A stretch of DNA of 34,835 bases, from positions 1 through 34,835 of the forward strand of contig JABIHA010000090.1 of assembly GCA_018649885.1 (NCBI GenBank), read 5' to 3'. Of the stretch, positions 25,311 to 34,835 are shown in pieces (within the stretch, counting starts at the first letter, position 1; the number at the start of each line of letters is the position of its first letter). The notes beneath the pieces are model-generated. The model worked only from the letters and a program-made list of their open reading frames with translations, had not been told where the DNA came from and searched no databases. A program made the translations under genes and the position numbers. This stretch comes from Bacteriovoracaceae bacterium (GTDB lineage Bacteria > Bdellovibrionota > Bacteriovoracia > Bacteriovoracales > Bacteriovoracaceae).

Positions 25311-26663
25311 ATGAGGTTTTTTAGAAACTTTTTTAACTTGAAAAAAGAGGAACTGATGCCAGTTTCTTTTATGTCGATTTACTTTCTTTTGGTGATAACG
25401 ACTTTTTGGATTATGAAGCCATTAAAAAAGACGCTTTTCATCAGTCACTACGATGAGATGAACTTTCAGTTTTTTAATTGGTCTTTTAATGCGGCCCAAA
25501 CAGAACTTCTGGCAAAATGCCTGAATATGTTTGTGGCATTCCTGGCCTTTTGGGTCTTTTCAAAAATGGCAAAACGATTTCAGAAAGAAAAGCTGACCCA
25601 TCTCTTTGGTGGATTCTTCATGGTCTTTTTTATTTACTGGGCCGTTAGAATTAACACACCTTCTGTTGTGGATATTTGGGGCTTCTACATTTTTGGAGAT
25701 CTCTTTGTCACTCTAATGTGTGCATGTTTTTTCTCATTCCTAAACGACAGTGTGACACCTGATATGTCAAAACGACTTTATAGTTTTGTGATCCTAGGTG
25801 GTGTTGTGGGAGGGGTCATAGGAACTTCTCTTGTTAGAGTATGGCTAAAGCTTCTTTCATTAAGTGAATGGATGAGTGTATGTGTCCTTCTGATTGTGGC
25901 CACCATCTTTTGTGGATACCAGGCTGCTAAGGCATTTGAAAGACTTGGTACTGCCCAATTTGTTGGTGATACTGAAGCCGAGACAGATGAAAAACTAGAA
26001 GATTCGGCAATAGAGATTATGAGAAAAGTCTTTAGCAAGAAATATCTGCTTGGGATTATCTCTTTAGTTGTTATGTATGAAATGGTCTCCACACTTTTTG
26101 ATTTTCAATTTACAAGTGCCGTTTCTCACTTTTTAAGTGGGAAGGAAATTGGGGCCCAGTTTGCTAATGTTTATTTGGCCGTAAATATTGTCTCTTTACT
26201 GGTCCAACTCTTTTTAACAAGCTTTGTTCTCAACCAGCTTGGAGTTTCAAAGGGTATTATGGTCATGCCAGTGCTAGCTGCTGTTGGGGCCTTAATGTTT
26301 TTCGTATCACCTATCCTTTTAACAGGTAGTCTTCTTTGTGTGATTGATAACTCTTTTAATTACTCAATCAATCAAACTTCCAGAGAGGCCCTTTACGTGC
26401 CTCTAGGTAAGGGAGATAAGTATCAGGCCAAGGCCTTTATTGATATCTTTGGTGTGCGTTCGGCAAAGGTTCTGGGAATTGGAGCTTCACTTCTTGTGAC
26501 CACATTCTTTACTGAGTACTCCTCCCTAAGATGGGTTTCTTTCATCGCTCTTGGCATCACCGTGTGCTGGATTTTGGTAGCTACCTGGCTAGGAAGAGAA
26601 TACAAAATAAGAAGTCGTGCAGTTGAAGAGTTTGAAGCAACTGGAAAAAAAGTTACAGCGTAA
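25311..26663 (+). CDS. TLC/Npt-family (ATP:ADP antiporter family) nucleotide transporter homolog
   Basis: Likely ATG at 25311 after GGGGG. About 12 hydrophobic segments. Family-like motifs MKPLKKTLF, SKRLYSFVILGG and YSINQTSREALYVPL...KYQAKAFIDIFGVRSAK. The substrate cannot be determined from sequence. Confidence 0.8.
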   Translation: MRFFRNFFNLKKEELMPVSFMSIYFLLVITTFWIMKPLKKTLFISHYDEMNFQFFNWSFNAAQTELLAKCLNMFVAFLAFWVFSKMAKRFQKEKLTHLFGGFFMVFFIYWAVRINTPSVVDIWGFYIFGDLFVTLMCACFFSFLNDSVTPDMSKRLYSFVILGGVVGGVIGTSLVRVWLKLLSLSEWMSVCVLLIVATIFCGYQAAKAFERLGTAQFVGDTEAETDEKLEDSAIEIMRKVFSKKYLLGIISLVVMYEMVSTLFDFQFTSAVSHFLSGKEIGAQFANVYLAVNIVSLLVQLFLTSFVLNQLGVSKGIMVMPVLAAVGALMFFVSPILLTGSLLCVIDNSFNYSINQTSREALYVPLGKGDKYQAKAFIDIFGVRSAKVLGIGASLLVTTFFTEYSSLRWVSFIALGITVCWILVATWLGREYKIRSRAVEEFEATGKKVTA

Positions 26664-26669
26664 ATATAT

Positions 26670-26692
26670 AGGGGGTCTTTCTTGGGCCCCCT
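26670..26692 (+). terminator. Intrinsic terminator ending the AAA+ operon
   Basis: AGGGGGTCT-TTCTT-GGGCCCCCT hairpin 6 nt after the stop codon, followed by a T-rich run. Confidence 0.7.
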
Positions 26693-26923
26693 TCTCATTT
26701 TTATCAACTCATTTTCATCATCGTTGCACCAATCATGACCAGACTTAGGTTATGATTTTGTCAGGATCCAGTTCCGTTAGTCTAACTATTTGAAATTAAA
26801 GGACTTTCTTTTGCAGGAAATGGTGAAATTAATTCACAGGAGTTGCGCGGTGCGCAATCCATTGCTAGTTTCACTCCGTACTCAAAAACAACAAAATACA
26901 TACGACCCTATAAGGAGGAATCC

Positions 26924-28084
26924 ATGAATGCAGCTAAGACCCTAGCACTATGTGCTCTAATGACAACTTTTTCAACTACAGCTTTTTCAGCTGAAGGTGA
27001 TGAAAAGTACCTAGAGCTAGATTGTAACGGAAAAACTGGAACAAGAATTGAAATTAGAGAAGACAAAGACGATAGAGGTCGCGTGGCTCTTCATATTGCT
27101 TGTGGTGCCACTTTTTATTACGGTGGTGGAAGTGTTGCGATTAAAACCCAAACTGGTACAGGTGGAGCTTTTAATGGTGGATACTTTACGGTCATTGAAG
27201 GGGCCGAAGGCGAGGATGGTACATACCAAATTAATCCTGCCGAAGGCGCAACTGATAGCATCCCTTTTTCAATGAGATACCTATACGGTGAAACGAGGAA
27301 TGATCTTCCTGGTATTAATAGCTCTATTACAGGTCAATTTGGTTTTATGCCAGTCACAAAAGGCCTTGCCAAAATTACCGCTAAAGATGGTATGGGCTGG
27401 GTTGACGGTGCAAGAGTTATTTTCGAGCACAATAAATATGGTCAAATTGAATTAGCTGTTGGTGCCATTGCTGGCGTTGAAGGTATCACTGAAAGTGACG
27501 CTGTTAGTATCTTTAGTAGGTCTAAGCAGTACCAAGATAGCTTTGTAAATTTTATTGAAGTAAGAGCTACTCCAGCAGTCATTGCTGATATTGTAGCAAC
27601 TGAATTTGGCTACGAATATCTTGGTGGTGACGTTGATCTTTCTCATAACTTTTCAGCAGCAGCTACTGCTGATTTTAAAGTCGTTAAACTACTTGCAGAA
27701 GGTCTTGTCAGTACCAATTGGGAATCTGTGGCCGTTACAGCTGCAGGTGGTGCCAAGGTTGATCTACTTGAAATTTTATCAAATAATAAAAAATCAGGTG
27801 TAACCTTAGGTCTTTATTATCAATACAATGAAGGATCAATGAGAAGTAATCTCTCTTCAGGTTTTTACAATATTGACGGTCACTCACTACAACCAGAACT
27901 TGGTGTTAAACTTGGTGACTCTGGTATGACTTTAAAAGTTAAAGGCTCTATTGGGCTTGCAGGTCTTGCTGGAGCACCTGCTGCACCTTCAACATTAAGA
28001 GTTGAAATCTCTGGAAAACTTCCTGAATCAAAAAGAATTCGACTCGCAAGAAAAGCAAGAGAAGCTGCTGAAGCGAAGGAATAA
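26924..28084 (+). CDS. Secreted, probably outer-membrane porin-like beta-barrel protein
   Basis: AAGGAGGA RBS and ATG 26924. Signal peptide MNAAKTLALCALMTTFSTTAFS. Gly-rich amphipathic beta-strand pattern with a basic helical C-tail. The porin call is tentative. Confidence 0.6.
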   Translation: MNAAKTLALCALMTTFSTTAFSAEGDEKYLELDCNGKTGTRIEIREDKDDRGRVALHIACGATFYYGGGSVAIKTQTGTGGAFNGGYFTVIEGAEGEDGTYQINPAEGATDSIPFSMRYLYGETRNDLPGINSSITGQFGFMPVTKGLAKITAKDGMGWVDGARVIFEHNKYGQIELAVGAIAGVEGITESDAVSIFSRSKQYQDSFVNFIEVRATPAVIADIVATEFGYEYLGGDVDLSHNFSAAATADFKVVKLLAEGLVSTNWESVAVTAAGGAKVDLLEILSNNKKSGVTLGLYYQYNEGSMRSNLSSGFYNIDGHSLQPELGVKLGDSGMTLKVKGSIGLAGLAGAPAAPSTLRVEISGKLPESKRIRLARKAREAAEAKE

Positions 28085-28113
28085 GAATCCGATAAAATTA
28101 AACAATAATAATT

Positions 28114-28139
28114 GGGGTGAGCATTTTGTTCACCCTTTT
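28114..28139 (+). terminator. Intrinsic terminator
   Basis: GGGTGAGCA-TTT-TGTTCACCC followed by TTTT. Confidence 0.75.
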
Positions 28140-28266
28140 AGTTTTTATTGCTTTCTGTACTTTCCATCCCTTTTTATGTCTGATGGAAAATTAAAAATCT
28201 ATGTGAATTTTGTGGAATGGTTTGTGTTGGTGTCTAGCATTCGCTGGGTCTAATAACCGTGGTGGT

Positions 28267-29587
<1,321 letters not shown>

Positions 29588-29643
29588 TCATTATTTCTCG
29601 CATTAAAATAGTATTTTTTTCACTACAATTTCACATATCGCTT

Positions 29644-30180
29644 TTGTTTTTAGCTGTAGCTATTCCCGTAAGAGGTATTGTGCGATGCGCATACCCCCTA
29701 AGGACCCTCGATGGCGATAGCTTTAAAGTAAGGGATTGTGTCAGTGGGTTAATCAGAACAATAGATCTTGCCTACATTGATGCCCCGGAGCTTTTCCAGG
29801 TAAGTGAGGACCATATTCCCATTGGAGCTAATTCTAAAGACTCCCTTTCTGCTAGGTTAAAGACACAAGAGAACTTAAAGCTCCACATTGTTAGCGCAAG
29901 AGGGAGGAGGTTCCGCGCACTGGTTTATACGAGTCAAATGGTAAATACGATTCAAGTGAGAGCAGGACACGCTTTGGCACGGCCTAGCGGTTATTTGGAT
30001 ATCCATTTTGCCAGGAAATTGAAAAATGCCATGTCTATGGCGAGATCCCAGCGCCTAGGGATGTGGTCAACTACAAGCTTTTTGTCTCCCAGGGCCTTTC
30101 GAAAACTGGAGAAAAAGCAAAGGTTAATGGAAATATATCCCCCGTATTATTGCGTTCCACCAGTTGATAAGCTTAAGTAA
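29644..30180 (+). CDS. Thermonuclease (SNase-like) family protein
   Basis: DGDS, IDAPE, VN..QVRAGHA, AR..RLGMW and P..FRK motifs. The start is uncertain because the frame is open back to 29581. Confidence 0.75.
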   Translation: MFLAVAIPVRGIVRCAYPLRTLDGDSFKVRDCVSGLIRTIDLAYIDAPELFQVSEDHIPIGANSKDSLSARLKTQENLKLHIVSARGRRFRALVYTSQMVNTIQVRAGHALARPSGYLDIHFARKLKNAMSMARSQRLGMWSTTSFLSPRAFRKLEKKQRLMEIYPPYYCVPPVDKLK

Positions 30181-30216
30181 TTAATAACTTATAAAGTTTA
30201 TCAAGGTGAGTTGACC

Positions 30217-31350
30217 ATGGAATTAAAGCGAAGTCTATTAACGATTATTTTTTTACTGCAGGTGGTATTTGTTTCACAGATCCAGAATGCTCACTCCATT
30301 GCTGTAAGAAATGAGGCAGAAGCTTTTCGGCTTGCTTACGATAAAATTAAAAATGATGAGCTCTATAGAAAGTTTGAACACGACTGGATCATCGATATAG
30401 CAGTGACAGGTTCAAACGATATTAAAGACCTGATTGATGATGGAGAAGATGCCGCCAATGCAACAGGAACAGATGCTCAAAAGCTTGAAAAGATTACGAC
30501 ATTTTTAAATAAATATAAAAATGATCAATATGTGGCCAATGCAAGATTGGCCATTGGCATTCCACTTCCAAGTTTTGAATTTGATGGCTGGCGTTTGACT
30601 CCAGATGCTAGAGGGAGTTTTGAAGTTGGGGCGAGTTTATCTATCACTGAATCGACGGGTACTATCACCATTCCTGGGCTGAATTTTACAGTCACAGGTT
30701 CCGATCCAGTTATTCAGCTCTACGCTAAAGAAGATATTAGATATGGTCTCGATTGGCTCTGGGAGTTTGGTGAGAATTGGTGGATGGATACAGATTTTTA
30801 TGTCAAGCAAAGATGGGATATGCACGAAGCTCACTCAGCTAGCTCTATCCAAACCAACAGTCAGTCTTTTGATGTGCTCAAAAAATCAAAAAATATTACC
30901 TCTACAATTGATGGTGACTTTAGAGTTGGTTATGACCAAGAAGATGGTTTTTCTTTTTGGGCCGGCTTTGACGAAATTAAGTTATTAAAGCTTTCTGATA
31001 GAAGAGGAACTGTAGGTCCACTGAAATGGGGAGATCGTCCAGGCATGAGGGCTCATGTGGATTATCTCTTTGATCTAAGTGTGGTTACACTGACTCCTTT
31101 TGCAGGAGTTCACCAAAGATCCAGCTATGATTTTGATGATGGTCTCTACGCTGGGATGGTTTTCGAAGAAGATCTTCTAGGGGTTCTATCAGTAGTGGCA
31201 ACGGCAGATAATCAGTATATTACTCTGCACCCACGATTTAGATTTTGGATTTTCCAACTAGAGTATGCTCTTAAAACTCCTTCAACTAGTAACATTGATG
31301 GCTACAAGCTTCATACTCAACACATGGCCAATTTTAGACTGGCCTTCTAG
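30217..31350 (+). CDS. Putative outer-membrane beta-barrel protein
   Basis: Signal peptide ending NAHS, aromatic-rich beta-strands and a terminal Phe (NFRLAF) typical of BAM substrates. ATG 30217 is preferred over TTG 30211. Confidence 0.7.
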   Translation: MELKRSLLTIIFLLQVVFVSQIQNAHSIAVRNEAEAFRLAYDKIKNDELYRKFEHDWIIDIAVTGSNDIKDLIDDGEDAANATGTDAQKLEKITTFLNKYKNDQYVANARLAIGIPLPSFEFDGWRLTPDARGSFEVGASLSITESTGTITIPGLNFTVTGSDPVIQLYAKEDIRYGLDWLWEFGENWWMDTDFYVKQRWDMHEAHSASSIQTNSQSFDVLKKSKNITSTIDGDFRVGYDQEDGFSFWAGFDEIKLLKLSDRRGTVGPLKWGDRPGMRAHVDYLFDLSVVTLTPFAGVHQRSSYDFDDGLYAGMVFEEDLLGVLSVVATADNQYITLHPRFRFWIFQLEYALKTPSTSNIDGYKLHTQHMANFRLAF

Positions 31351-31373
31351 CAGCGGAAAACTTTTTGGAACTT

Positions 31374-31769
31374 ATGAAGTTATTACTTCCATTAATCCTT
31401 CTTCTAAGCTCTTGTAGTGGTGAAGACAAATATGGTCGTAAAGAGGCCTTTGATATGATCAAGGCCTCTGATCCCAATATTGAGTTTATTATTCCATCTG
31501 ATCTTTCAAAAGGCATTCAATGCAGTGACTATGGCCCAGGTTGTATTGGGGGGATTACTGTTAGGATTAAGTTCCTTGAAGTCATTATTGTTGAATTTCA
31601 AAATAGTGACCAAGCTCGCGCTGAGGCGATGAGAATTGGTCAGTGGTATTCTAAGAACTTTGTCTTTGATGATGTGATGGGAGAGCCTATGATGGAAGAT
31701 TATTTTAAACAGCTCTTTAGTGCTAAGCCCGGAATTATTTATGAGGCAAAACCGGCAGACTCAAAGTAG
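31374..31769 (+). CDS. Lipoprotein of unknown function
   Basis: MKLLLPLILLLSSC with lipobox LSSC. Confidence 0.8.
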   Translation: MKLLLPLILLLSSCSGEDKYGRKEAFDMIKASDPNIEFIIPSDLSKGIQCSDYGPGCIGGITVRIKFLEVIIVEFQNSDQARAEAMRIGQWYSKNFVFDDVMGEPMMEDYFKQLFSAKPGIIYEAKPADSK

Positions 31770-31771
31770 TT

Positions 31772-33127
31772 CTACCTTGTTTCTCTTTCTTCTATTTGTT
31801 CCTCTTCAAAGGCCAGTTGTCTTAAATCGTAGAAGCGTCCAAGTCTCTGAGGATTGTCTTGTGGTGGTATTATAAGTGGAGAGGGGCTTGGGGCTGAGCT
31901 TTGTAGCCACTCTCTATAACCTGCTAGGAAGAGTTTTATAGGCTCTCCCATTTCTTCTTCTTTAATATATTCAACTTTTTGCTGATCAAATGAGACAATC
32001 TCTTTCATCCATCTTCTTGCAAAATTGTATTCATCAGGGAAGACTATAGACTCTGGTTTTTCTTCGTCGTCAAATAGTGAGAAAAACCAATTTGTAGGTT
32101 TTACCGACTGAGGAGTTGATTTCTTAAAACGCTCCACCAGTGGAGGAGAGCGGTAGATGGAAAAATATCTAAACTCTTTTTGCGCTTTTAATGAATTCAA
32201 ATTCTTCTTTAGTTCTAGAAAACTTCCATAAATCTTAGAGTTAGGTGGGATATTATGAATATTAAAAATCATAGTATGCAATTGTTTTGGTTTACTCGGC
32301 GGCAAAAGTTTTGATTGATCAATTCGGATTTTAACCTTTTCGAGTATCTCATTCATTGCTTGAAAGTGATTGTACTTTCCGTGCCCAACTTCAATAGGAT
32401 CAAGCGCGATGTCATCAATATCAAGAAATTTGGTTAAATCCCAATCTAGAACTGCTTTTTTATAACCTTTTGAATGATATAGATATAGTGAAATACATTG
32501 ATTGAGATAGGGGGCGCGACTTTTTAATATCTCTTGCATCAGGACTGAAATATTATTGGTAACCGCATCTTTTGAACGCTGACCATCCTTTGTCTTGGTC
32601 ATATCCCACAGCACATAATTAAAAGTGGTGGTCGCCTCTTGTCCCAATAGTTTTGCAATACTTTGTTGTCTATAAAATAAGTAGTTTTTACAAATATGTG
32701 CAGGAGACTTAATGCATTTTTTTTCAAAATTATCTTTTTCAATAACTGCTAGGTAGTTGGCATTGGGGTAGTCTTCAAAAGTCTTGGACAAGTCTAGCAT
32801 AAAGTACTTGTTTTTTTGCTGTGTATTTATACATTGTACTTTTCCTACTATTTGAATTTTTTCATTACATGGACTCAAATAGGTGGGAACAAAACAGAAA
32901 TTTCTCTTTTTCTTTTTTGGTGACTTTAAAACGATTGCTAGCTTTTCTAGGCTTTTACTGGAGCGACACATTTCAATTTTTCCAAGTCGTTCTAGATCCC
33001 GCAGGTGAATATTTTCTTTTTGGACACAGTGTGAAAACTCAGAAGATAATTCCTCGGCATATAAACTGCTGCAAACGAGTTGCATCAGTAGTAACAATCC
33101 CAAGATATAAAATCGCTTAATTATCAA
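31772..33127 (-). CDS. Hypothetical secreted protein
   Basis: 451-aa ORF with signal peptide ending SLYA and a Cys-rich N-terminal half. Preceded by a sigma-28-type promoter. Confidence 0.75.
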   Translation of the reverse strand: MIIKRFYILGLLLLMQLVCSSLYAEELSSEFSHCVQKENIHLRDLERLGKIEMCRSSKSLEKLAIVLKSPKKKKRNFCFVPTYLSPCNEKIQIVGKVQCINTQQKNKYFMLDLSKTFEDYPNANYLAVIEKDNFEKKCIKSPAHICKNYLFYRQQSIAKLLGQEATTTFNYVLWDMTKTKDGQRSKDAVTNNISVLMQEILKSRAPYLNQCISLYLYHSKGYKKAVLDWDLTKFLDIDDIALDPIEVGHGKYNHFQAMNEILEKVKIRIDQSKLLPPSKPKQLHTMIFNIHNIPPNSKIYGSFLELKKNLNSLKAQKEFRYFSIYRSPPLVERFKKSTPQSVKPTNWFFSLFDDEEKPESIVFPDEYNFARRWMKEIVSFDQQKVEYIKEEEMGEPIKLFLAGYREWLQSSAPSPSPLIIPPQDNPQRLGRFYDLRQLAFEEEQIEERETR

Positions 33128-33196
33128 TTCTTCGCCCCAACTATTTAGGTTTTGTATTCGCTATGAGCTGGATCTTCCGTGCAACCGCCTACTATC

Positions 33197-33223
33197 TTAT
33201 CGGCAAATCTTGCCAATACTTGA
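33197..33223 (-). promoter_or_regulatory. Sigma-28 (FliA) promoter
   Basis: Minus strand TCAA-GTATTGGCAAGATTT(15)-GCCGATAA: perfect -10 box, canonical spacing and near-consensus -35. Confidence 0.75.
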
Positions 33224-33264
33224 GCAATTGTGTCCGTGAATGGTTTTAGTGGAAACAATAAAAT

Positions 33265-33792
33265 TTATTTAATATTTGCTGAGATATACTCGAGTAGTGA
33301 GGTGAATTGTCTGGAGTGCTTGTTAAACATATAAGTAAATTTTATGGGAAAATTTTGAATTTCATTTTTTAGCACTCTAGCTTGAGGGCCGAGGTACTCT
33401 ATTGTTCTAAGTGACCATTCAACGACTTCAGCTCTTGGATCACTTAATTTTTCTTTTAAGGCCTGGGTAAAAATTGAGGGAATAGGAATCCCTTTTAGAA
33501 AATGAGCATCTATCACCTGAGTGTGTGAGACTCCAAGGGCACAAACAATGATATTTGTTTCAAGACTGGACAGAATTATTTGTGAAAAAATACTAGATAA
33601 GTCTATGCCAGGTTTTCCAGCATGCTCCAGGATACAAAGAATTTTGTGTATATCATCACTAGAATTTGAGTCTAAGGCTTCTCCCAGAAGGAGCTCTAGC
33701 TGAGAAAATTCTTCTTTAGTGCGGGCCCTAAAAGGTCTCTTTCCCTGTTTTAGTTGCTCGATGAGCTCAAGGTACTGCGTTGTAAAATCCAT
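33265..33792 (-). CDS. Hypothetical alpha-helical (HEAT-repeat-like) protein
   Basis: 175-aa ORF. LKEKLSDPRAEVVEWSLRTIEYLG resembles a HEAT repeat. Confidence 0.65.
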   Translation of the reverse strand: MDFTTQYLELIEQLKQGKRPFRARTKEEFSQLELLLGEALDSNSSDDIHKILCILEHAGKPGIDLSSIFSQIILSSLETNIIVCALGVSHTQVIDAHFLKGIPIPSIFTQALKEKLSDPRAEVVEWSLRTIEYLGPQARVLKNEIQNFPIKFTYMFNKHSRQFTSLLEYISANIK

Positions 33793-33880
33793 ATATTAGC
33801 TAACCACTTGTTTCTTTTACCGGCGACGCTACCACGATGCTTGCCTGATGACTAAAACTTATGATACGTGTTGCACAATT

Positions 33881-34594
33881 ATGGATAAACTGCTGATCAA
33901 TTCAATTTACATGGCCTGTGAGGGTGAGGGCGTTTTCATTGGAAGCTCCCAGATTTTCATTCGCTTTCAAGGCTGCAGTATTGGTTGCGCCAATTGTGAT
34001 TCCATGGACACATGGGAGTTTGATAGTAAGTACGGCATCGAATTTTCAGAAGTACTTTCAAGGGTAGAAAAAATTCACAATGAATTTCCTGTCAAAAGAA
34101 TTTCTATTACTGGTGGAGATCCACTACATCCGGCCCATTTACCAGGTGTTTTAAAGATTGTTTCTCATTATAAGAAGAAAGGTTTTTTTGTAAATATTGA
34201 GGCGTCTGGAATGAGAGTTGTTCCGGAGCTTTTTGATGCTGTCGATTTTGTTAGTTTTGATTACAAAACTCCCTCAACAAAAGTCCGTGGAAAAAAAGAG
34301 TTAGTGGCCCAAATGGCCGTTAAATATCCTGGAAGATTTCAAGTGAAATCGGTAGTCGCTGACGTTGCTGACTTTATGGATGTTAACGAAGCCTTCGAAT
34401 ACTGCCGTGATCAACTGAAAGTATCAAGGTTGCCCTTCGATTGGTGTATCACTCCATGCTATTGTCCTGGAGAGGAATTTAGCCCCGCAAGAACTGAGAG
34501 AATCATCAGCTTAAACGATGCTTGTGGTGGCCCATTTCGTATCATTGGACAGCAACATAAATACCTATATGGACCCGACCGAAGAAATATTTAG
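33881..34594 (+). CDS. queE: 7-carboxy-7-deazaguanine synthase (radical SAM)
   Basis: EGEG..IG...IFIRFQGCSIGCANCDS (CX3CX2C), ITGGDP, SFDYKTPS, QVKSVV and QQHK. The start is 33881 or 33848. Confidence 0.85.
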   Translation: MDKLLINSIYMACEGEGVFIGSSQIFIRFQGCSIGCANCDSMDTWEFDSKYGIEFSEVLSRVEKIHNEFPVKRISITGGDPLHPAHLPGVLKIVSHYKKKGFFVNIEASGMRVVPELFDAVDFVSFDYKTPSTKVRGKKELVAQMAVKYPGRFQVKSVVADVADFMDVNEAFEYCRDQLKVSRLPFDWCITPCYCPGEEFSPARTERIISLNDACGGPFRIIGQQHKYLYGPDRRNI

Positions 34595-34683
34595 TCCCTA
34601 GAAATTAGATCCGGCCTGACAGTTATTTCAACCTAGCTCCGAATTGCCCTTATATGGGGCCCTTATACGTTGACTTGCCCGAT

Positions 34684-34835
34684 TGTCACTTGCCCTTGCC
34701 CGAAAAAAGGTACAAGGTCCATTCTCGACACATACTTTACATTTTATTCTCGATACATGGTTTACACTTTTTAAGGTACTGCAAACAAAGGGGGTTGCAT
34801 GCCTTGGAAGGAATCTTCGGTTATGAATGAAAGAA
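34684..34835 (+). mobile_element. Left end of an IS481-family insertion sequence (partial)
   Basis: Candidate terminal TGTCA at 34684. 21-bp subterminal direct repeats at 34721-34741 and 34746-34766 (18/21 identical). Transposase start follows. Confidence 0.6.
34799..34834 (+). CDS. Partial IS481-family transposase N-terminus
   Basis: AAGGGGG RBS, then ATG 34799 giving MPWKESSVMNER, the MPW(K/Q)E...M.ER start typical of an IS481 subgroup. Only 12 codons are visible. Confidence 0.65.
   Translation, partial: MPWKESSVMNER

Noticed and set aside
28002..28253. 83-aa ORF after the porin-like gene
   Set aside because: It overlaps the upstream gene end and runs through its terminator, with no RBS or recognisable motif.

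Overview
This is an AT-rich bacterial chromosomal window. Its gene families and promoter motifs suggest a predatory Bdellovibrionota (Bacteriovoracaceae/Halobacteriovorax-like) genome; that taxonomy is inference. Housekeeping genes are serC, tgt, queE and an orphan AcrB-family RND transporter. They are mixed with many signal-peptide proteins (M28 and matrixin peptidases, beta-barrels, lipoprotein, SNase-like nuclease) and a pseudo-receiver/disordered protein paired with a degenerate HD-GYP. Two partial genes are absent from the ORF track: a putative HNH-family N-terminus at the left edge and an IS481-family left end at the right edge. The main candidate for an undescribed system is a tight 8-gene operon (16235-26663). 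It encodes two Clp/Hsp100-type double-ring AAA+ proteins that both carry Sec signal peptides, one with canonical motifs and one with Walker B E->D in both rings and no sensor-2 Arg. It also encodes an exported MIDAS vWA protein, an exported trypsin-like protease, a membrane protein, an exported RCC1 propeller and a TLC/Npt-family ATP:ADP antiporter homolog. This looks like an extracytoplasmic ATP-dependent unfoldase/protease with its own nucleotide carrier. A second highlight is a secreted protein of three Cys-bracketed ribosomal bL12 (L7/L12) C-terminal domains. There is also a 22-bp perfect inverted copy of the tgt 3' coding region downstream of tgt, CsrA-type GGA hairpins and sigma-28-type promoters. 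All family assignments come from motif recognition, not database searches.
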